Shown: piece by piece, positions 49,468 through 59,795 of the stretch | Layout of the letters: each line of letters begins with the position of its first letter | Position numbering within the stretch: position 1 is the stretch's first letter | Assembly (NCBI GenBank): GCA_021852055.1 | Contig: JAJZOD010000010.1 | Coordinates: 119,548 to 183,547, forward strand | Length of the DNA stretch: 64,000 nucleotides | Source of the DNA: Candidatus Micrarchaeota archaeon | GTDB lineage: Archaea; Micrarchaeota; Micrarchaeia; Micrarchaeales; CABMGC01 | Reading direction: 5' to 3' | Notes under the pieces: model-generated | Seen by the model: the letters and a program-made list of their open reading frames with translations, nothing else | Database searches by the model: none | What the model was told of the DNA's origin: nothing | Position numbers and translations under genes: made by a program

Positions 49468-50289
49468 TCATGTCTTGTAGATTTTTTGAAGCGCTTCTGC
49501 TGCCATAGATCCCTCATCTGTCAGAAGTATCTTGGAGCGCTTGATTAGCAGCTTGTTCTGCTGCTCTTGTACAAGATTCATGCCCTTAAGATAACTTATG
49601 CATTCGTCTATATAGTTGTAATTTATTGTCTTTGTAGTCTTTGCAACAAGCTCCAAAAGTTCACGCCTTGACACTGTGCCTGCTTTTGCTATGTATGTTA
49701 TTATCTCAGGGATTTCGCCTTTTTCAGATTTGAGTATAAGCTGCTTTCCGTTTTTGAGCTTTATGACTATCGGTTTCTCCTTTTTGCCATCCCACCTTTG
49801 GAGTTTTGCCGCAAGTGTTGTGTAGTCTCCTTCGCGTTTCTTTTCCTGCTCTACCTCCTGTGCGTGGTCTTTGCATAGATACACGCTGCCTCCGCTGCTT
49901 AGATTTATGAAAACGTCGCTTACAGTGTATTTGTAATATTCATGGTAGCACAGATCACAGCATGTAAGCGCAAGTTCATGCTCTTCGCCAGACGTATTAT
50001 CCTGCAGGTCTTTAACACGCATCCTTGGCACACCCATCACCCGGTAAGTGCATCCGCATAGTGAACATCTTGCAAGAACGCACCATTCGAAGCTGTGCCC
50101 TATGCTGCTGCCTGGAGAGACTTTCACTGTCACTTGTGGAGTTGTATCCATAGTTACAGTTACACTCAGGTCCGGATTCTTCGCATAGTACGCTTTTTGT
50201 TCCGTATCCTTCAGACACACAGGGCACCTTTTTATTATTTGCTCGAAGTACACCACTTCGATGACTTTCCTTTGTTTTATTACAACCAT
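49468..50289 (-). CDS. Hypothetical protein with two predicted Zn sites and C-terminal winged helix
   Basis: CPVC...CSLC and CDLC...CKDH. C-terminal IITYIAKAGTVSRRELLE...ISYLKGMNLV...ILLTDEG wHTH pattern. Confidence 0.7.
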   Translation of the reverse strand: MVVIKQRKVIEVVYFEQIIKRCPVCLKDTEQKAYYAKNPDLSVTVTMDTTPQVTVKVSPGSSIGHSFEWCVLARCSLCGCTYRVMGVPRMRVKDLQDNTSGEEHELALTCCDLCYHEYYKYTVSDVFINLSSGGSVYLCKDHAQEVEQEKKREGDYTTLAAKLQRWDGKKEKPIVIKLKNGKQLILKSEKGEIPEIITYIAKAGTVSRRELLELVAKTTKTINYNYIDECISYLKGMNLVQEQQNKLLIKRSKILLTDEGSMAAEALQKIYKT

Positions 50290-50383
50290 TGCAGCAACTT
50301 CAGCAATTTACCTGTTGGCGTAGATTATACAGCTAATGTGAATCTTGATAGATGGCGCAGACTACACTGGTTATTATCTGTTG

Positions 50384-50417
50384 CTGTAGTGTGCGGTGCC
50401 TCACCGCAACACTACAG
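50384..50417. terminator. 15-bp stem hairpin downstream of the ftsZ pair
   Basis: CTGTAGTG-TGCGGTG-CCT-CACCGCA-A-CACTACAG (one bulged A). Confidence 0.45.
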
Positions 50418-50448
50418 TGCATCGTATTTTGCATTGTTGCCGTTGATA

Positions 50449-51468
50449 TCAGATCGCGCTGTCAAATGCCGACATTCGCAAAGGCTCCACTTCATCCTTT
50501 TGCTTCCTGGCCTCGCCGAACTTGGCTTTGACACCGGTTATGACTGACATTACCCTGACTTCATCGTTGAGCTCAGGCAACATTCTTGCGCCGAATATTA
50601 CATTGGCATCTGATGCAAGCTCTGTTGTGACGCCTTCGCCTATCTTTGTCGCATCTCTTATTGTGAGATTTGTGCCGCCTACAACATGGATAAGCGCTCC
50701 TTTTGCACCATCGTAATCAACTGTAAGCAGAGGATGCGTTCGCGTAGATTGCACTGCCTGCTCTATACGGTTGGAGCCATGGCCTGCACCGAGGCTTATT
50801 ACTGCAGTACCAGTGTTCTTTACAACGTTCCTGAGGTCTGCAAAATCAAGATTTATCAGGCTTGGTAGCGTTATTGTGTCGGCTATTCCCCTTACTGCAT
50901 TGCCGGTTATGTTGTCCACCAGTTCAAACGCACGCTCTATTGGCAGATTAGGCACGTATGATAGGAGTTTGTCATTCTCTATCACTATGACGGAGTCTGC
51001 CTGCTTGCTTAACTGCTCTATGCCCCATTCAGCTTTCAGCTTCCTGCTTCTTTCAAGAGCAAATGGGTATGTGACAGTAGCTATTACAGTGGCGCCCATC
51101 TCGCGCGCTACTTGCGCAACAAACGGTGCTGAACCTGTTCCTGTGCCGCCACCCATTCCTGCAGCTATGAACACTAGATTATAGTCCTTCAGCGCGGCTT
51201 CTATGTCGGCCCTGCTCATCTCTGCTGCTTTTGCAGCAACTTCAGGGAAACCCCCTGCACCAAGACCCTGCGTTATCTCCTTGCCAAGGAGTATCTTCTT
51301 GTGCGCTTTTATCATGTTCAGGTGGCCTATGTCAGTATTCATGGCTATGGTGTCTGCGCTCTTTATGCCGTTTGAGGTAAGCCTGTTTACCAGATTGCTT
51401 CCCTGTCCGCCAAGACCAACTACTGCAACTCTTGGTTTGAATGAGTCGTAATCAAAATCGTCTGCCAT
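50449..51468 (-). CDS. ftsZ: Cell division protein FtsZ (second paralog)
   Basis: GLGAGGFPE, GMGGGTGTG and NLDFAD. Confidence 0.95.
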   Translation of the reverse strand: MADDFDYDSFKPRVAVVGLGGQGSNLVNRLTSNGIKSADTIAMNTDIGHLNMIKAHKKILLGKEITQGLGAGGFPEVAAKAAEMSRADIEAALKDYNLVFIAAGMGGGTGTGSAPFVAQVAREMGATVIATVTYPFALERSRKLKAEWGIEQLSKQADSVIVIENDKLLSYVPNLPIERAFELVDNITGNAVRGIADTITLPSLINLDFADLRNVVKNTGTAVISLGAGHGSNRIEQAVQSTRTHPLLTVDYDGAKGALIHVVGGTNLTIRDATKIGEGVTTELASDANVIFGARMLPELNDEVRVMSVITGVKAKFGEARKQKDEVEPLRMSAFDSAI

Positions 51469-52517
51469 TATATCATCTCTAGATCTCCAAATGACAGTGA
51501 CTTTTTCTTCTCTTCAAACTTGCCCAGTATGCTTGAACCTGAAACGCCGGTCACAATTGCCACTATCTCCAGTTGGCCTTCATACCCTGGTATTATCCTT
51601 GCGCCCCACTTTACGTTTGCCTTTGGATCCATGCGCTCGGTTATTATCTCTCCTGCTTTTATTGCATCGCCCAGTGTAAGGTCTGATGCGCCGGAGATGT
51701 GTATGAGTGCACCTTTTGCATTTTCAAAGTCAACGTCGAGAAGCTTGTTCTTTATAACAGACTCTGCAGCTGAAGTGACCTTATCATTGCCCTTTCCAGT
51801 GCCAACAGATATAAAGCCAACATCACCATTGCCCATTATTGAGCGGACGTCTGCGAAGTCTATGTTTATGAGGCTTGGCTGTGTTATTGTCCATACAAGG
51901 CCCCCTATGGCCTTTGACAGTATATCATCAGCGACTGCGAACGCCTCATTCATCGGCAGGTTAGGCACAAGCTTTACAAGCTTGTTGTTGTCAAGTATTA
52001 TGACACTGTCGCATGACTTCCTAAGAGTCTGTATGCCTTCCTCAGCTTTTACCTTTCTGACGCGCTCAAGGTCAAACGGGTAAGTAACCATTGCTACAAC
52101 TATGGCACCCTGCTCCTTGGCTATCTGCGCTACTACAGGTATAGCTCCTGTTCCTGTGCCGCCACCCATTCCTGCACACAGGAATACGAGCTGCGCACCG
52201 TATAGTATCTCTTCTATCTGCTGCCTGTCAACCTCTGCAGCCTTGGCTCCAACTGCAGGATCTCCACCTGCACCCAAACCCCTTGATATGCTTTTTCCTA
52301 TAAGGACCTTCTTAATCCTGTCGTCTAGCATCTTGAAGTGCTGAACATCGGTGTTAATTGCCACAAGTTCCGTGCCTTTTACTCCAAACTTGACCAGCCT
52401 GTTAACAGTGTTGTTTCCACCACCGCCCACTCCGATAGTCACTATCTTTATCTGTGTTGTTATTCCACTATTGTTGTCTTCACTTTTGCCCAAAAGGTCT
52501 CCGGTAAAATCTACCAT
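51468..52517 (-). CDS. ftsZ: Cell division protein FtsZ (first paralog)
   Basis: GVGGGGNNTV, GLGAGGDP, GMGGGTGTG and NIDFAD. ATG at 52517. Confidence 0.96.
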   Translation of the reverse strand: MVDFTGDLLGKSEDNNSGITTQIKIVTIGVGGGGNNTVNRLVKFGVKGTELVAINTDVQHFKMLDDRIKKVLIGKSISRGLGAGGDPAVGAKAAEVDRQQIEEILYGAQLVFLCAGMGGGTGTGAIPVVAQIAKEQGAIVVAMVTYPFDLERVRKVKAEEGIQTLRKSCDSVIILDNNKLVKLVPNLPMNEAFAVADDILSKAIGGLVWTITQPSLINIDFADVRSIMGNGDVGFISVGTGKGNDKVTSAAESVIKNKLLDVDFENAKGALIHISGASDLTLGDAIKAGEIITERMDPKANVKWGARIIPGYEGQLEIVAIVTGVSGSSILGKFEEKKKSLSFGDLEMI

Positions 52518-52772
52518 CTGATCGCCCACTATCTAAACTATGGACATATTTATATATCTTACGTTAGTGCCTATTATAGTGGAATTCTTATTACTGAAGT
52601 AAATCAATTTTACTTAAGTATCAGGTATAGACCTTTTATACAACAATCCCGCAGTATTATTTCATGAAAAATTTGCGTAATTATCGCGCACCTATTGCAC
52701 TGAATGCAGGATTTGAAGGCGGCAGATGCCCTTTGTAGCTGTAGAGCAGGAATAATCTGATTATTTGCAACT

Positions 52773-54569
52773 TCAGTCTTCTATCTTCTGCTTTTTCTGA
52801 AGCCTGAACATCTCTGTTATCTCGCTGGTGGTTGTGGCGCTTTCAGGGCCCTTATCGCGGAAGCCCTTGCCGACTATGCGTGGAAACCGCAGCGCGTAAC
52901 CCGGCTCGTCCTGGCTCTCGTAGTCTGATTTTCCGCACATATGCATTGGCGACCTTGTAATCTCATCTGCGCGTACTTCTATTACATGCAATGGCTCAAC
53001 CCACACATCAGGCACCAGCATGGATTCGACTCGCACCGGCTTTGTCTTGCATTTTGATTTCTCGAGATTTTTCCTGAAGAATACCATCTGCTCCTCTGTG
53101 AATCCAGTACCTATTCTGGTTATTGATTCGAATGTGTCTTTGTCATCATTATATACAGCTGCGAGAACTCCGCCGAACCCGAACTCTGTCCTCTGCCCCT
53201 TGCCTGCATAGTAGCCTATGACAACAAGATCGACAGTGTCGGACAGCTCGGCCTTGTAGCTGCGCTTCATCTTTATCCATGAGAACTTCCTTGCGCCTGC
53301 TATGTATTCGGAATCCGGGTCTTTTGCAACTATGCCTTCAAGCCCGCTGCTTATTGCATTATCGAAATACTTCTCAAGCTCTTTTGCAGAAACCGCCATT
53401 ATCCTGTCTGTGCTCCTTATTGTATCGCGCTTGATAAGCACAGACTCGAGCGCAGACCTTCTTTTCGAATAGCTTTTCTCCATGTAGCTGGCGCCATTTA
53501 GATACATGAGGTCAAATGAGAAGAGCCTTATCGGAAACTGTTCTGCAGCGGCCTGCACGTCGTGCTTGCGCTTCCTTTGTATTGTTTCCTGAAAAGAGTG
53601 AAACTCGCCAGATTCGTCATTATATGAGATTGCTTCGCCCTCCAGGATTGCACTATCGGCATCTATCTCATTCAATGCTGCTGCGGTTATATCAGGGAAC
53701 ATGTCTGTCAGGCGCTCCAGGTTTCTTGAGAATATCTCCACCCTGCCTGCTTTTTTGTCCAGATGCACTTGCATCCTCAGGCCGTCATACTTGCTCTCGG
53801 CATAGCACCTGCCGTTCATTTTTTCAAGTATCTCCTCGAACGTGTTTACCCGCTCTGCAAGTTCAGGTCGAATGGGACTGAACGGCTCTGCCTTGAAGTT
53901 GTCTATGCCATGCATGCCTTTAGAGTACAGCACATCGGCTACTTTCCCTAGATCGCTGCATAGGTTATAGGCCCTTTCAAGCATGGGTTTGGTATCCCGG
54001 TTCCCTGTTTTTGCCTTTGCAAGCGCTTCAAGTATTGTTGCATCCCCAAGCCCGAGACGCAGCTTTCCAAGGGCAAATCGGGTTATGTACCGGGCTTCAA
54101 GAGGGGATGTGCCAGCTAGCATCCCAGCAAACATCTTAAGTTTTGCATCCTTGCTGCCCTGGCCTGCAGTACCTGCTATCTTGTGCATTATTTCAAACAC
54201 GTCTGTGATGCTGAGTTTCCTTTGGCTTATTCCCTTAAGTCGTGTCCTCCCTGATAAATCCTCTGCAGCCTTGCCAAGATCACCGCTTTTTCTGAACTCT
54301 GCCTCTACGGATTTTGATTCGAAACCCGTTGCAAGCGCTATTGCAGCAACAGCAGTTTTCTCGGCCATTCCGGTCTCTATCCCGTCAAATGAAGGAGCAA
54401 GCACACCCTGCGTAAAGTAAACAAGGCTCTTTATCTCAGAATCAGATGTTTTCGAGAACATTTCTGACAGTATGTCTATCATTGCAAGCCGTGATGCCAC
54501 ATTCTCCAGGCGCTCGTAATATTCTGAAACAAAACGAAACAGCATGCCATACACATTATCAGATTCCAC
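52773..54569 (-). CDS. lig: ATP-dependent DNA ligase
   Basis: ESKYDGLRMQVH, EGEAI, FDLMY, EGIVAK, WIKMK and ALRFPR. Confidence 0.96.
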   Translation of the reverse strand: MESDNVYGMLFRFVSEYYERLENVASRLAMIDILSEMFSKTSDSEIKSLVYFTQGVLAPSFDGIETGMAEKTAVAAIALATGFESKSVEAEFRKSGDLGKAAEDLSGRTRLKGISQRKLSITDVFEIMHKIAGTAGQGSKDAKLKMFAGMLAGTSPLEARYITRFALGKLRLGLGDATILEALAKAKTGNRDTKPMLERAYNLCSDLGKVADVLYSKGMHGIDNFKAEPFSPIRPELAERVNTFEEILEKMNGRCYAESKYDGLRMQVHLDKKAGRVEIFSRNLERLTDMFPDITAAALNEIDADSAILEGEAISYNDESGEFHSFQETIQRKRKHDVQAAAEQFPIRLFSFDLMYLNGASYMEKSYSKRRSALESVLIKRDTIRSTDRIMAVSAKELEKYFDNAISSGLEGIVAKDPDSEYIAGARKFSWIKMKRSYKAELSDTVDLVVIGYYAGKGQRTEFGFGGVLAAVYNDDKDTFESITRIGTGFTEEQMVFFRKNLEKSKCKTKPVRVESMLVPDVWVEPLHVIEVRADEITRSPMHMCGKSDYESQDEPGYALRFPRIVGKGFRDKGPESATTTSEITEMFRLQKKQKIED

Positions 54570-54619
54570 ACAAACGTATTTAAGTATGCATCTGGTAATA
54601 GATTTGAGTAGGTAAGAAA

Positions 54620-55885
54620 ATGGCGATGGAGGACGTTGTCACCGGCATTGATGGGCTCCTAAATTATATAAATGACAATGGTGAAGCTGATATCACTGCG
54701 CTTGCATCGTCGCTTAAAGTGACCGAAAGCACTATACAAGAGTGGGCGCTTGTCCTTGAGAAAGCAAAGCTTGTGCGTATTGTATACAAAATGGGCAAGA
54801 TGTATGTCACCCCAGTAAATGTTTCTGTAGACGTATCTGAACTTACAGAAAAACAAGAAGGCAACGCAACCCATTTCGAGAAGATGACCCCGGAAGAGAC
54901 GAAGAAACTCATAGAAGTGAAAAGCACCATACTGAAGAACCAGATCAAGGGCAATGAAAAAACCATAGATACGCTTACGCCTAGAATAAAGGAGCTTAAG
55001 GCTTACATACAGGACGTGCAGAAGAGCTTTTCTAACAAATCCGTTGAACTGAACAAATACCTGAATGAGCTGCAGGCCATCAAAAACCAGGCCATGAAAA
55101 ACTACCAGGACATTGAAGGCTACAAACAGGGCATAGGGGGAACTGTGAATAATTTAAGCGCAGGCACCGGAAACGGCGAAAACGAGAAGCTGGTTTTGCA
55201 GAGGGTAGACGAGAGTGTAAAAAATGCAGATGCTATGATAAAGGACATAAGCAACAAGGCAGCAATGCTCCACAGCTCGACAGAGAGCCTACTGCAACAG
55301 TTTGAAAAGAAAACAAATGAGGAGAGGAGTAAGCTGCGCGCTTTCGCTGGAGACGTTGAGCACGAGGCAAAGAGGCTTGATGAACTTGCACAATCTACAG
55401 AGCTGCAGCTTGAAGAGTATAAAAGAAAAACTGAGAGTTACAGAAGGAGCATGGAGCTGCAGGACAACAAATTGTCAAAAAGCAGGACTGCAATTCTTGA
55501 CAGAGCCATAAAAGCAAAGAAGAACATAGATGGAATGTATGAGCTGGCAGACAAGAAAATTGCCGACCTTGATTCCAGAATATCAAAAGAGATATCAGAC
55601 CTGAAAAACCTTGCGGATCTTGACAAAGGAATAAAGGACCTGAGGGCTTCAGTCGACTCTCTGGCTGCGGACAAAGAAGCCATAGAAAAGGAGATGGACG
55701 AACTTACAAAAGCGCTTGACGGCCTTACCAAGAATGCAGGCATTAACGTCACAAAAAAGCATAAAGAGCTTACAGAGATTGAAAACAGGGTCAAAAATCT
55801 GCAAAGCAGCACAGTCAAAATCAATGACAAGAACAAGGAGATAAATGCAAGCATAGACAACCTGACTAAAAAAGGCAGTGATTAG
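54620..55885 (+). CDS. N-terminal winged-helix + long coiled-coil protein
   Basis: GEADITALASSLKVTESTIQEWALVLEKAKLVRIVY, followed by about 330 aa of heptad-rich K/E/L sequence. Confidence 0.75.
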   Translation: MAMEDVVTGIDGLLNYINDNGEADITALASSLKVTESTIQEWALVLEKAKLVRIVYKMGKMYVTPVNVSVDVSELTEKQEGNATHFEKMTPEETKKLIEVKSTILKNQIKGNEKTIDTLTPRIKELKAYIQDVQKSFSNKSVELNKYLNELQAIKNQAMKNYQDIEGYKQGIGGTVNNLSAGTGNGENEKLVLQRVDESVKNADAMIKDISNKAAMLHSSTESLLQQFEKKTNEERSKLRAFAGDVEHEAKRLDELAQSTELQLEEYKRKTESYRRSMELQDNKLSKSRTAILDRAIKAKKNIDGMYELADKKIADLDSRISKEISDLKNLADLDKGIKDLRASVDSLAADKEAIEKEMDELTKALDGLTKNAGINVTKKHKELTEIENRVKNLQSSTVKINDKNKEINASIDNLTKKGSD

Positions 55886-57382
55886 ATGGATCTTAAAAAC
55901 GATGTAATCGGAAGTTACGAGTTCAATGTCAAGGGCTTGAAGATTAACGTTCAGATAGCTAATTCCGGTGACTTTGTTCCATCCTACAAAATCACCTTCC
56001 CAGGTATAGGAGAGGCGACGCGGGTTTTGCTGCTTTCGCTGAGGTCTGAGCTTCTGTCGCTTGTGCCGATAGACCAGATACGTATATCCGACCAGCGATA
56101 TGCAGAGGAACTCGAGAGGAACTATGAAAACGCAGCCGTACCCATACTTGAAAAGTACCTGCCGGGAACATCGCCTGAAACTATGAAAACGCTTATAGCG
56201 TATATGGTAAACATGCTGCTGGGCCTTGGTGATATAGAGGTTCTTGTAAATGACGAGAACCTTGAAGAGATAGCAGTGAACAATGCTTCAGATCCTGTCT
56301 GGGTCTTCCATAAGATACACGGTTGGTGCAAGACAAACATAAAGATGAGCGACGAAGAGACGATATACCAGACGAGCGAGCAGATAGGCAGGAGGGTAGG
56401 CAGGGAGATAAGCAATCTTGTTCCAATGATGGATGCCGAGCTGCCTGACGGCTCTAGGGTAAACGCAACCCTATTCCCTATATCGCAGAGAGGAAACACC
56501 ATAACAATAAGAAAGTTCGCCAAAAACCCGTGGAGCATGCCTGCACTGATATCCAATAAGACCATAACAAGCGAGATAGCAAGCATCATATGGCTGGCCA
56601 TACAGAACGAGATCAGCATGCTTATCTCCGGAGGAACTGCAAGCGGAAAAACCAGCTTCCTTAATGCCATGAGTATTTTTATGCCTGCAAACAGGCGCAT
56701 AATATCAGTAGAGGAAACAAGAGAGCTGACGCTGCCTGCATTCCTGCAGTGGCTGCCTATGCAGACAAGGCAGGCTAACCCTGAAGGGAAAGGTGAGGTC
56801 ACGCTTTACGACTTAATGATAAACGCCCTGAGGCAGAGGCCTGACATAATGCTCATAGGAGAGATAAGGGTGAAAAGCGATGCAGAAACACTATTCGAGG
56901 CAATACACACCGGACACGCAGTCTACGGCACTGTGCATGCAGACAGCGCTCATGATACCATAATAAGGATGACAAACCCTCCGATAAGCATACCAAAGAT
57001 ACTTATGAATTCAATAGGTGCAGTTACCTCGCTTTTTAGGCACAGGAGGTTAGGCATCAGGAGGCTGTTCGAATTTAGCGAGGTTACCAATGATGGCGAC
57101 GTCTCAGTAGTAAAAAGGTGGAATATGAGGAGCGACACTTTCGTTGACGGCGCAGAAATATCCAGGCTAGCGCAGACAATATCGCTGTATGGAGGCTACA
57201 GCCAGATCGAGATAAAACAGGAGATTGAAGAAAAGAGCATTATACTGGATTGGATGGTAAGGAACAAGGTGTTTGATGTTGACATGTGTGGCAATATAGT
57301 CGCAAATTACTATAGAAACAAGGACAGGATAGTCGAGCTGGCAAAAAGCAACACCCCTTACTCGAAGGACATTTTATCTTAG
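55886..57382 (+). CDS. Type IV pilus/type II-IV secretion ATPase (CpaF/VirB11/ArlI-like)
   Basis: DAELPDGSRVNAT, TIRKF, SGGTASGKTS, SVEETREL, ALRQRPD...GEIR and TGHAVYGTVHA. Confidence 0.92.
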   Translation: MDLKNDVIGSYEFNVKGLKINVQIANSGDFVPSYKITFPGIGEATRVLLLSLRSELLSLVPIDQIRISDQRYAEELERNYENAAVPILEKYLPGTSPETMKTLIAYMVNMLLGLGDIEVLVNDENLEEIAVNNASDPVWVFHKIHGWCKTNIKMSDEETIYQTSEQIGRRVGREISNLVPMMDAELPDGSRVNATLFPISQRGNTITIRKFAKNPWSMPALISNKTITSEIASIIWLAIQNEISMLISGGTASGKTSFLNAMSIFMPANRRIISVEETRELTLPAFLQWLPMQTRQANPEGKGEVTLYDLMINALRQRPDIMLIGEIRVKSDAETLFEAIHTGHAVYGTVHADSAHDTIIRMTNPPISIPKILMNSIGAVTSLFRHRRLGIRRLFEFSEVTNDGDVSVVKRWNMRSDTFVDGAEISRLAQTISLYGGYSQIEIKQEIEEKSIILDWMVRNKVFDVDMCGNIVANYYRNKDRIVELAKSNTPYSKDILS

Positions 57383-57405
57383 ATTTCATTTCTGGGTTAC
57401 TTTAT

Positions 57406-57990
57406 ATGGAGATGGATGCTGATTACAAAAAGGCTGTCGAAGTGCTTAATTCTCTCTCTGACAACAGCACAGAAGATGCAGAGTTAGATGTGGATAAGAT
57501 AATGTCAGAGCAGCAGATCGAATTAGAATATGATTACGATAAAGCAGTTGGGTATTTTGTAGATATGTCATCTCCTGCACGGGGCCCTGCACAGCAGTCG
57601 CAGCTTCAAGCACTGAGTAGGATGCAGAGCGCAAAGGAGTTTTCTGAGGATATAGGAAAGGCAGAACACGAGCTAAGTACAATGCTCGAGAAATTAAGCA
57701 AGTCAACAGGAAGGATTTCCTCGGCTGTAGAGGATATCGTGCTGAAGAATGCGCCAGGCTCAGTTCTTGTGTCGCTTTCAGTGCAGGATCAGATAGCAGA
57801 ACTTGAAAGGATAAGCCTTGGGCTTGAAGAGGGGGTATTTGACAAGCAGCGGACTGGTATAATAATCAATGAAGTGCGGCACCTTAGCAGAAGCGTAAAA
57901 AAAACCAAACCAGGAGACACAAATGACGACCTTGTTGGCCTAAGAAACAGGCGCCTTGACGAAGTAATGCGCAAACTTCACATGGCATGA
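57406..57990 (+). CDS. Hypothetical helical protein downstream of the secretion ATPase
   Basis: Long ORF with typical composition, co-oriented, 23 bp after the ATPase. Confidence 0.7.
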   Translation: MEMDADYKKAVEVLNSLSDNSTEDAELDVDKIMSEQQIELEYDYDKAVGYFVDMSSPARGPAQQSQLQALSRMQSAKEFSEDIGKAEHELSTMLEKLSKSTGRISSAVEDIVLKNAPGSVLVSLSVQDQIAELERISLGLEEGVFDKQRTGIIINEVRHLSRSVKKTKPGDTNDDLVGLRNRRLDEVMRKLHMA

Positions 57991-58047
57991 TTTAGTTGCC
58001 ACACAGGCATGCACAGGTATTTATCTTTTGCAAGTCTTATTATTGCC

Positions 58048-58989
58048 ATGGAGTACGTAAGGCTTGGAAAAACCGATGACACCATTCCTGTGATAGGAAT
58101 GGGCACATGGAAGCTTGGCGCAGATAAGGAGGGCACTATAGAAGCTATACGCTACGGCATAGGATTAGGAATGTCTTTTGTAGATACCGCAGAGATGTAC
58201 GCCAATGAAGAAATTGTCGGGAAAGCAATACAAAATGAGGATGTATTCATAGGCACAAAGGTCTCGCCCAGCCATTTCCGCGAAAATGAAGTTCTCAGGG
58301 CATGCGATGCCAGCCTTGGAAGACTTGGCGTAAAGGCTGTTGACTTGTACCAGCTTCACTGGCCAAATTCCCGAGTGACGATAAAGGAAACTATGCGGGC
58401 CATGGAAAAACTGGTTGACCAGGGCAAGATACGACACATCGGCGTAAGCAACTTCAATCTGAAGGAGCTTCGCGCAGCGCAGGATGCCATGAAAAAACAT
58501 GAGATAGTATCAAACCAGATAGAATACAGCGTCCTTGTAAGGGATTTCGGAGATGCACTGTCAGATTACTGCAAGAAAAACGGAATTACAATAATAGCTT
58601 ACAGCCCATTTGGCAGCGGGGCGTTTTTTGATGAGAGGTATGGCAACGTACATGTGATTCTTGATGACATATCCAAGAAGCATGGCAAAACTGCAGGTCA
58701 GGTTGCGCTCAACTGGCTTATATCGAAAGGCAACATATCGGCAATACCGAAAGCCGGCAGGCTTGACCATGTAGAGGAGAATGCAGGAGCAACCGGATGG
58801 AAGCTCAGCCCGGATGAGATAAAAACTATAGATAGCTTAGGCCAGTCAAAAACACCAATAGCTGGAAGACTTAATGCATTTACTAAAAGAACAGCACCAT
58901 TCTGGTCCGGAATCATGACAAGAATAGAACATAAGCGCATTAAATCAGGAGAGGAAGAAAAGGATGAAAATATCATGAAGCGGCAATAA
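58048..58989 (+). CDS. Aldo/keto reductase
   Basis: IGMGTW, VDTAEMY, IGTKV, DLYQLHWP, IGVSNF and AYSPFG. Confidence 0.93.
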   Translation: MEYVRLGKTDDTIPVIGMGTWKLGADKEGTIEAIRYGIGLGMSFVDTAEMYANEEIVGKAIQNEDVFIGTKVSPSHFRENEVLRACDASLGRLGVKAVDLYQLHWPNSRVTIKETMRAMEKLVDQGKIRHIGVSNFNLKELRAAQDAMKKHEIVSNQIEYSVLVRDFGDALSDYCKKNGITIIAYSPFGSGAFFDERYGNVHVILDDISKKHGKTAGQVALNWLISKGNISAIPKAGRLDHVEENAGATGWKLSPDEIKTIDSLGQSKTPIAGRLNAFTKRTAPFWSGIMTRIEHKRIKSGEEEKDENIMKRQ

Positions 58990-59030
58990 TAATTAAAAGC
59001 TTTCCAGTAATATGTAAAACCGGCGATCAG

Positions 59031-59780
59031 TTGAAATTATCTGTAAAAGTCATTGTTTATCTTGTTGCTATAATAGTAATATTCACATTTGGCGTAGGAG
59101 GGACATACATTTTAGGGCACTATGAAAGCAATTTTAACGTAAAAATAAATTCCCTGCTCGATGCAGCGTACTTCACAATAATAACACTTACAACAGTAGG
59201 ATACGGAGATATTTACCCAGTAACAGCAGTTGGAAAGATATTTGTAATGATACTTGTAGTGGCTGGCCTTGGCACTGTGCTTAGCGCCATCACTGTATTC
59301 TCAAGTGATATCGTGAACAATAGATTGGATAAGCTTTCGGGCAAGATAACGAATTTGGAGAGAAGGTTCCTTAGGAACCATATAGTGCTTGTAGGCACAG
59401 ATGTTGTAAATATGCATATAGCAAAGAGGTTGAAAGAGAACAGGGCAAGATTTATCATAGTAACTTATGACAAGGATATGGCAGAGCAGCTGCGCGACCA
59501 GGGATACAGTGCATATGTAGCGGACGAAACAAACGAGAGGGAGATGCAGAAGTTTGAACTGAATAAGGCAAAATCAATAATTGTGGACATGCACGAAAAG
59601 TCGAAGATAGTATACGCTATACTCATAATAAGGAACCTTGCGAGAGATGCCAAGGTTACAGCAATAGTCCATAGTGAAGAGGAGGAAAGAAACGTAATGA
59701 GCCTGCATGCAAGGATAAGCGTTATGAACCCGTCAGAGATAGCATCGCAGATGCTGTCTAAAAGGATAACCAAAGATTAG
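59031..59780 (+). CDS. Two-TM potassium channel with RCK/TrkA-N domain
   Basis: TLTTVGYGD selectivity filter and a NHIVLVG Rossmann-like domain. Confidence 0.92.
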   Translation: MKLSVKVIVYLVAIIVIFTFGVGGTYILGHYESNFNVKINSLLDAAYFTIITLTTVGYGDIYPVTAVGKIFVMILVVAGLGTVLSAITVFSSDIVNNRLDKLSGKITNLERRFLRNHIVLVGTDVVNMHIAKRLKENRARFIIVTYDKDMAEQLRDQGYSAYVADETNEREMQKFELNKAKSIIVDMHEKSKIVYAILIIRNLARDAKVTAIVHSEEEERNVMSLHARISVMNPSEIASQMLSKRITKD

Positions 59781-59795
59781 ATATGGCGCATAAGC

